Under the pieces are notes generated by a model that ran no database searches, had not been told where the DNA came from, and saw only the letters and a list, made by a program, of their open reading frames with translations. From a virus: a DNA stretch of 35,407 nucleotides. Below are positions 31,971-35,407 of the stretch, piece after piece (position 1 is the first letter of the stretch; the number at the start of each line of letters is the position of its first letter). A program made the position numbers and the translations under genes. The stretch covers positions 1 through 35,407 of IMG/VR virus record IMGVR_UViG_3300044557_000171, one strand, 5' to 3'.

Positions 31971-32543
31971 ATGTTCAAATTAAACGACAAACTTAGGGAA
32001 CAGATTTCCCATGAGGGGAAAGAATATCCCGTTGATTTGAGCTTTGATAATGTCTTGGATGTTTTGGATGTGTGGAATGATGGTTCTTTTGAGCCAGAAG
32101 AAAAACTCATAACCTCCTGCTCCCTTTTGTTTGGCGAAGATATTTTAAAACTTGTTCCGATAGATGATTTGATTGTACTGTTTGAACAAATAAAAGAAGA
32201 AATATTTAGTGAATATGAACCAATTGAAACCTATGATGTATTAGGAAATCCAATGAAGAGGAAATCAGCGCAAGCTGACTTTTCTCTCTCTTTTGATGCT
32301 GAATATATCTTTACAAGTTTTGTTCAATGCTATGGCATTAACTTACAAAAAGAGCTAGGTAAACTTCATTGGGATGAATTTAGAATGCTTTTGCGGGATT
32401 TACCTCCAGAAGCAAAACTGAATAAAGTTCGAGAAATCCGTAATTGGAAACCTGATAAAAATTCTACCGCTGAAGAAATTGAAAACATGCGTGAATTACA
32501 AGAAATTTATGCCCTACCAGAAGAGGAAGGAGGGAATGAATAA
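31971..32543 (+). CDS. Gp15-like tail assembly protein
   Basis: 190 aa and acidic, immediately upstream of the tape measure with a TAATG overlap. The family assignment (Phage_Gp15) is from memory. Confidence 0.55.
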   Translation: MFKLNDKLREQISHEGKEYPVDLSFDNVLDVLDVWNDGSFEPEEKLITSCSLLFGEDILKLVPIDDLIVLFEQIKEEIFSEYEPIETYDVLGNPMKRKSAQADFSLSFDAEYIFTSFVQCYGINLQKELGKLHWDEFRMLLRDLPPEAKLNKVREIRNWKPDKNSTAEEIENMRELQEIYALPEEEGGNE

Positions 32544-35407
32544 TGGCAGATGGAATTGTTACCATTGATGTCTTACTCAATGATGGAACAGTTGTTAAAG
32601 GAACTTCAGATATTTCCAAAGCACTTCGTCAAATGCAAAATGACGGAGAAGGTGCCGGGAAAGGTCTTAAACAAAGTTTGGCAGTAGGTGTTGCAATGGC
32701 ACTTGCTCAAAATGCAATAACAGCAGTCGCTAATGGAATTAAAGCTTTTGCCAAAGCATCAATAGGAGCTGCGGCAGACTTTCAACAAACAATGAATCTA
32801 GTTAAGGCAAACTCTGGAGCTTCTGCATCAGAAATGGCTAAACTTAATCAATTAGCTAAAGACTTGGGAGCAAGTACCAAATTCTCAGCAAATGAAGCAG
32901 CTCAAGCAATTCTGGAATTAACTAAAGCTGGTATAACTCCGGCGCAAGTTCAAGCTGGAGCTTTAAAAGCTACAATGGACTTAGCGGCGGCTTCAGGAAT
33001 GGACTTAGGTGATGCAGCTAATATTACTGCCAATGCTCTTAATACTTTCCATTTACAAGCAGATAAAGCTTCAATGGTGGCAAATGCATTGGCTGGAGGA
33101 GCTAACGCTTCAAGTGCTGATGTTTCTGACTTGGCTCAATCTCTTGCACAGGTAGGACCAGGAGCAACAACCGCTGGACTTTCACTTAATGATACTGTGG
33201 GAGTTCTAGCTGCTTTCTCTCAAAATGGGATTAAAGGTTCTGATGCTGGTACTTCTCTTAAAACCATGCTTCAAAACCTAGTGCCTCAGTCTGATAAAGC
33301 TGCAGCGGCAATGGAAAATCTTGGCTTGAATTTCACTAATGCAGATGGTTCATTTAAGAGTATTTCAGAAATTGCTGGTCAACTTCATGATAAACTTGGC
33401 AATCTTACACAAGCACAAAAAACTCAAGCACTTCAAACATTATTTGGTTCTGATGCATCTCGAGCAGCCGCAATTCTTATGAATGAGGGAACTGCTGGTG
33501 TAAATAAATATATTAAAGCAACAGAAGACCAAACAGCGGCACAAAAAATGGCTGATGCATACATGCAAGGTTTCAATGGTACTTTGGAACAATTAAGCGG
33601 TTCTGCTGAAACATTGGGCATGTCATTAGGTGAGCGAGTGCTTCCGGCTTTGACAAGTGCAATGCAAGCAGTATCACAATTTCTTGATTTGCTTTCTAAG
33701 AATATGGATGTTGTCGAATCATTTATTGTAGCGCTTGTTGCTGGAGCAGCAGCCTTTTCTGCTTATGCAATTATTGATGCAGTTACAACTTCAATAAGAG
33801 CATTTCAAAAAGCTAATGAAGGTGCAACAGTTGCACAATGGGCGCTTAATGTTGCAATGAAAGCAAATTGGGTTGGAATTTTGGTGACTGCAATTGCAGC
33901 ACTAGTTGCAGGGTTAGTATATTTCTTCACTCAAACTCAGACCGGTCAAAAAATTGTACAAGAAGCATGGAAAGCTATTCAATCGGCTATGTCGAGTGTA
34001 GTGGCATGGTACAATTCAACATTTTTACCAACTGTCCAATCAGTTATGCAAGCTTTTGAACAATACACATCAAAAGCTGTAACTGCTGTAGTTCAATGGT
34101 TTACTGGGACTTTTTTACCAGGCATGTCAAATGCATGGGGAAGCTTCAAAGGTTTTGTAACAGAAGCTATCCAAGCATTGCAACCTTTTGTAAGTTTTAT
34201 TAGCGGTGCAGTTAGCACTGCTATTTCTTTTTTAGGAAATCTTTTCAAAAGTGCAGGTTCAGCTATCAGTAATTTCCATGTCAGTGCAATAACAGTTGTA
34301 GGAGTTCTAACTTCAATAGCGGTTGCTTTTTATGGTGTTTCTGCACCTATAGGTCTTGCGATAGGATTAGTGACAAAATTCATTACAGCTTTTATTCAAA
34401 CAGGGAGTGTAAATGGAGCTATTCAAGCGATTGTCGATAATATCGTTAGCATGATTAATACAGTTGGACAATTGTTACCCCAGTTTATCCAGATTGGAAC
34501 AAATTTGATTATTAGTCTAATCAATGGAATATTGGCAGCGCTCCCTCAGATTATATCTGTCGGAACGCAAGCAATAAACAGTTTGGTTCAAGGGTTGACT
34601 ACAGCAATTCCTATTATTACTCAAGTGATTACACAAGTGATTACGGTTTTATTGAATGCAATACTCGGTGCTCTACCACTGATTATTCAAGGTGGAATCC
34701 AATTGTTAAACGGATTAGTTTCAGGGCTTGTAACTGCAATTCCTTTATTAGTAACGGCGATGACTACAGTTATTACGGGATTAACCAATGCAATAACAAC
34801 AGCTTTACCATTGCTTATTACCGGAGGGATAACCTTATTAAATGGTTTAATATCAGGGCTTGTCAATGCACTTCCGTTATTAATTAATGCCGCAACACAA
34901 TTAATCAATGGATTGCTTCAAGCCATAATAGCTGTCTTACCACTGCTAGTCACTGCCGGAGCTACCATTCTAAATGGACTGATTACAGGAATTATCCAGC
35001 TTTTACCAATGCTTATTTCTGCAGCCCTACAGATTATTAACGCTTTGATCAATGCGATTATTCCATTAATTCCTTTAGTTATTAATGCAGGGATTCAAAT
35101 CTTAATGGCTTTAATTAATGGCTTGATTTCAGCGCTTCCACAAATCATTTCAGCAATTGTGCAACTTATTACAGCACTACTTAATGCAATAGTAACTTTA
35201 CTACCAACAATTCTGAGCGCAGGTATTCAAATTATCGGTGCTCTTGTCTCAGGTTTAATCAAAAATCTTCCAGCTATTCTTTCAGCTATCGGTCAATTGA
35301 TGGCTGCTTTGCTAGGAGCGATTATTAAACTTGTCCCAACGCTATTGAGTGCTGGTGTTCAGTTAATTTCGGCTCTTGTAAGAGGGGTTCTTCAATTAAT
35401 GGGAAGT
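32543..35407 (+). CDS. Tail tape measure protein, N-terminal 955 codons (open at the window end; total 1159 aa with 128..742)
   Basis: The ATG at 32543 overlaps the preceding TAA. Hand translation gives MADGIVTIDVLLNDG… and a TP901-family core (FQQTMNLVKANSGAS…GIKGSDAGTSLKTMLQNL). No stop occurs in this frame up to 35407. Confidence 0.9.
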   Translation, partial: MADGIVTIDVLLNDGTVVKGTSDISKALRQMQNDGEGAGKGLKQSLAVGVAMALAQNAITAVANGIKAFAKASIGAAADFQQTMNLVKANSGASASEMAKLNQLAKDLGASTKFSANEAAQAILELTKAGITPAQVQAGALKATMDLAAASGMDLGDAANITANALNTFHLQADKASMVANALAGGANASSADVSDLAQSLAQVGPGATTAGLSLNDTVGVLAAFSQNGIKGSDAGTSLKTMLQNLVPQSDKAAAAMENLGLNFTNADGSFKSISEIAGQLHDKLGNLTQAQKTQALQTLFGSDASRAAAILMNEGTAGVNKYIKATEDQTAAQKMADAYMQGFNGTLEQLSGSAETLGMSLGERVLPALTSAMQAVSQFLDLLSKNMDVVESFIVALVAGAAAFSAYAIIDAVTTSIRAFQKANEGATVAQWALNVAMKANWVGILVTAIAALVAGLVYFFTQTQTGQKIVQEAWKAIQSAMSSVVAWYNSTFLPTVQSVMQAFEQYTSKAVTAVVQWFTGTFLPGMSNAWGSFKGFVTEAIQALQPFVSFISGAVSTAISFLGNLFKSAGSAISNFHVSAITVVGVLTSIAVAFYGVSAPIGLAIGLVTKFITAFIQTGSVNGAIQAIVDNIVSMINTVGQLLPQFIQIGTNLIISLINGILAALPQIISVGTQAINSLVQGLTTAIPIITQVITQVITVLLNAILGALPLIIQGGIQLLNGLVSGLVTAIPLLVTAMTTVITGLTNAITTALPLLITGGITLLNGLISGLVNALPLLINAATQLINGLLQAIIAVLPLLVTAGATILNGLITGIIQLLPMLISAALQIINALINAIIPLIPLVINAGIQILMALINGLISALPQIISAIVQLITALLNAIVTLLPTILSAGIQIIGALVSGLIKNLPAILSAIGQLMAALLGAIIKLVPTLLSAGVQLISALVRGVLQLMGS
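34475..35407 (+). repeat. Tandem 66-nt (22-aa) repeats inside the tape measure gene
   Basis: Repeat units start every 66 nt at 34475, 34541, 34607 … 35333, each beginning L/I/V-P (LPQFIQ, LPQIIS, IPIITQ, LPLIIQ, IPLLVT, LPLLIT …). About 15 units are present when the continuation to about position 184 is counted. Confidence 0.85.
35281..35407. repeat. Second copy of the 127-bp terminal overlap
   Basis: Identical to 1-127. Confidence 0.95.

Noticed and set aside
31938-31995. A-rich tract at the 3' end of the first chaperone gene considered as a G/GT -1 frameshift site
   Set aside because: The preceding base is C, so it is not an X_XXY_YYZ heptamer. The -1 frame stops after about 16 codons. 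The downstream gene is in the same frame behind two stops, so no fusion can form.
33433-34908. Minus-strand and alternative-frame ORFs inside the tape measure region (33433-33621 minus, 33868-34059 plus, 34687-34908 minus)
   Set aside because: They lie entirely within the long uninterrupted tape measure frame and have no RBS. Their low-complexity products arise from the biased, repetitive Ala/Leu/Ile/Gly coding sequence.
34475-35407. Regular 66-nt repeats considered as a possible CRISPR array or satellite
   Set aside because: The units are contiguous with no spacers and are in frame within a protein-coding gene. They are conserved at the amino-acid level more than the nucleotide level, so this is a protein repeat.

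Overview
The window is a complete, circularly permuted temperate siphophage genome of low G+C, laid out like P335-type Lactococcus or Streptococcus phages. The host call is inference only, because no search was possible. Bases 1-127 are identical to 35281-35407, so the unique length is 35280 bp. The window breaks inside the tape measure gene, which runs 32543..35407 and continues at 128..742.

Gene order on the plus strand is: end of the tape measure, Dit, Tal, receptor-binding protein, two holin-like genes, and a signal-peptide GH25/LysM endolysin. A terminator-flanked GNAT moron and a candidate attP follow. The minus-strand lysogeny module then carries tyrosine integrase, a lipoprotein, a 66-aa hyperbasic protein, an ImmA-like metalloprotease and an HTH repressor.

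After the genetic switch, the plus-strand early operon carries a Cro-like gene, an Xis-like gene, an SMC-like ATPase, an HNH endonuclease, a Sak4-like AAA_24 ATPase, a DUF669-like protein, an SF2 helicase and a primase/helicase. An iteron-type origin, small early ORFs, a DUF1064-like protein and an ArpU-like late regulator come next. The late operon then carries terS, terL, portal, minor head protein, scaffold, major capsid, connector proteins, major tail protein, two chaperone-like genes and the tape measure.

The items most worth follow-up are:
- two separate recoding events that would add Ig-like/FN3-like domains: a -1 shift at CCCAAAA in the capsid gene and a +1 shift at the end of the tail gene
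- a 110-nt tRNA-like element with an extra arm, sitting beside a terminator-insulated ORF inside the head module
- a genetic switch with two near-identical consensus promoters placed face to face rather than back to back
- uncharacterised lysogeny cargo: a Ser-rich lipoprotein, a hyperbasic 66-aa protein and a GNAT moron

No known multi-gene defence system, CRISPR array or transposon is visible.
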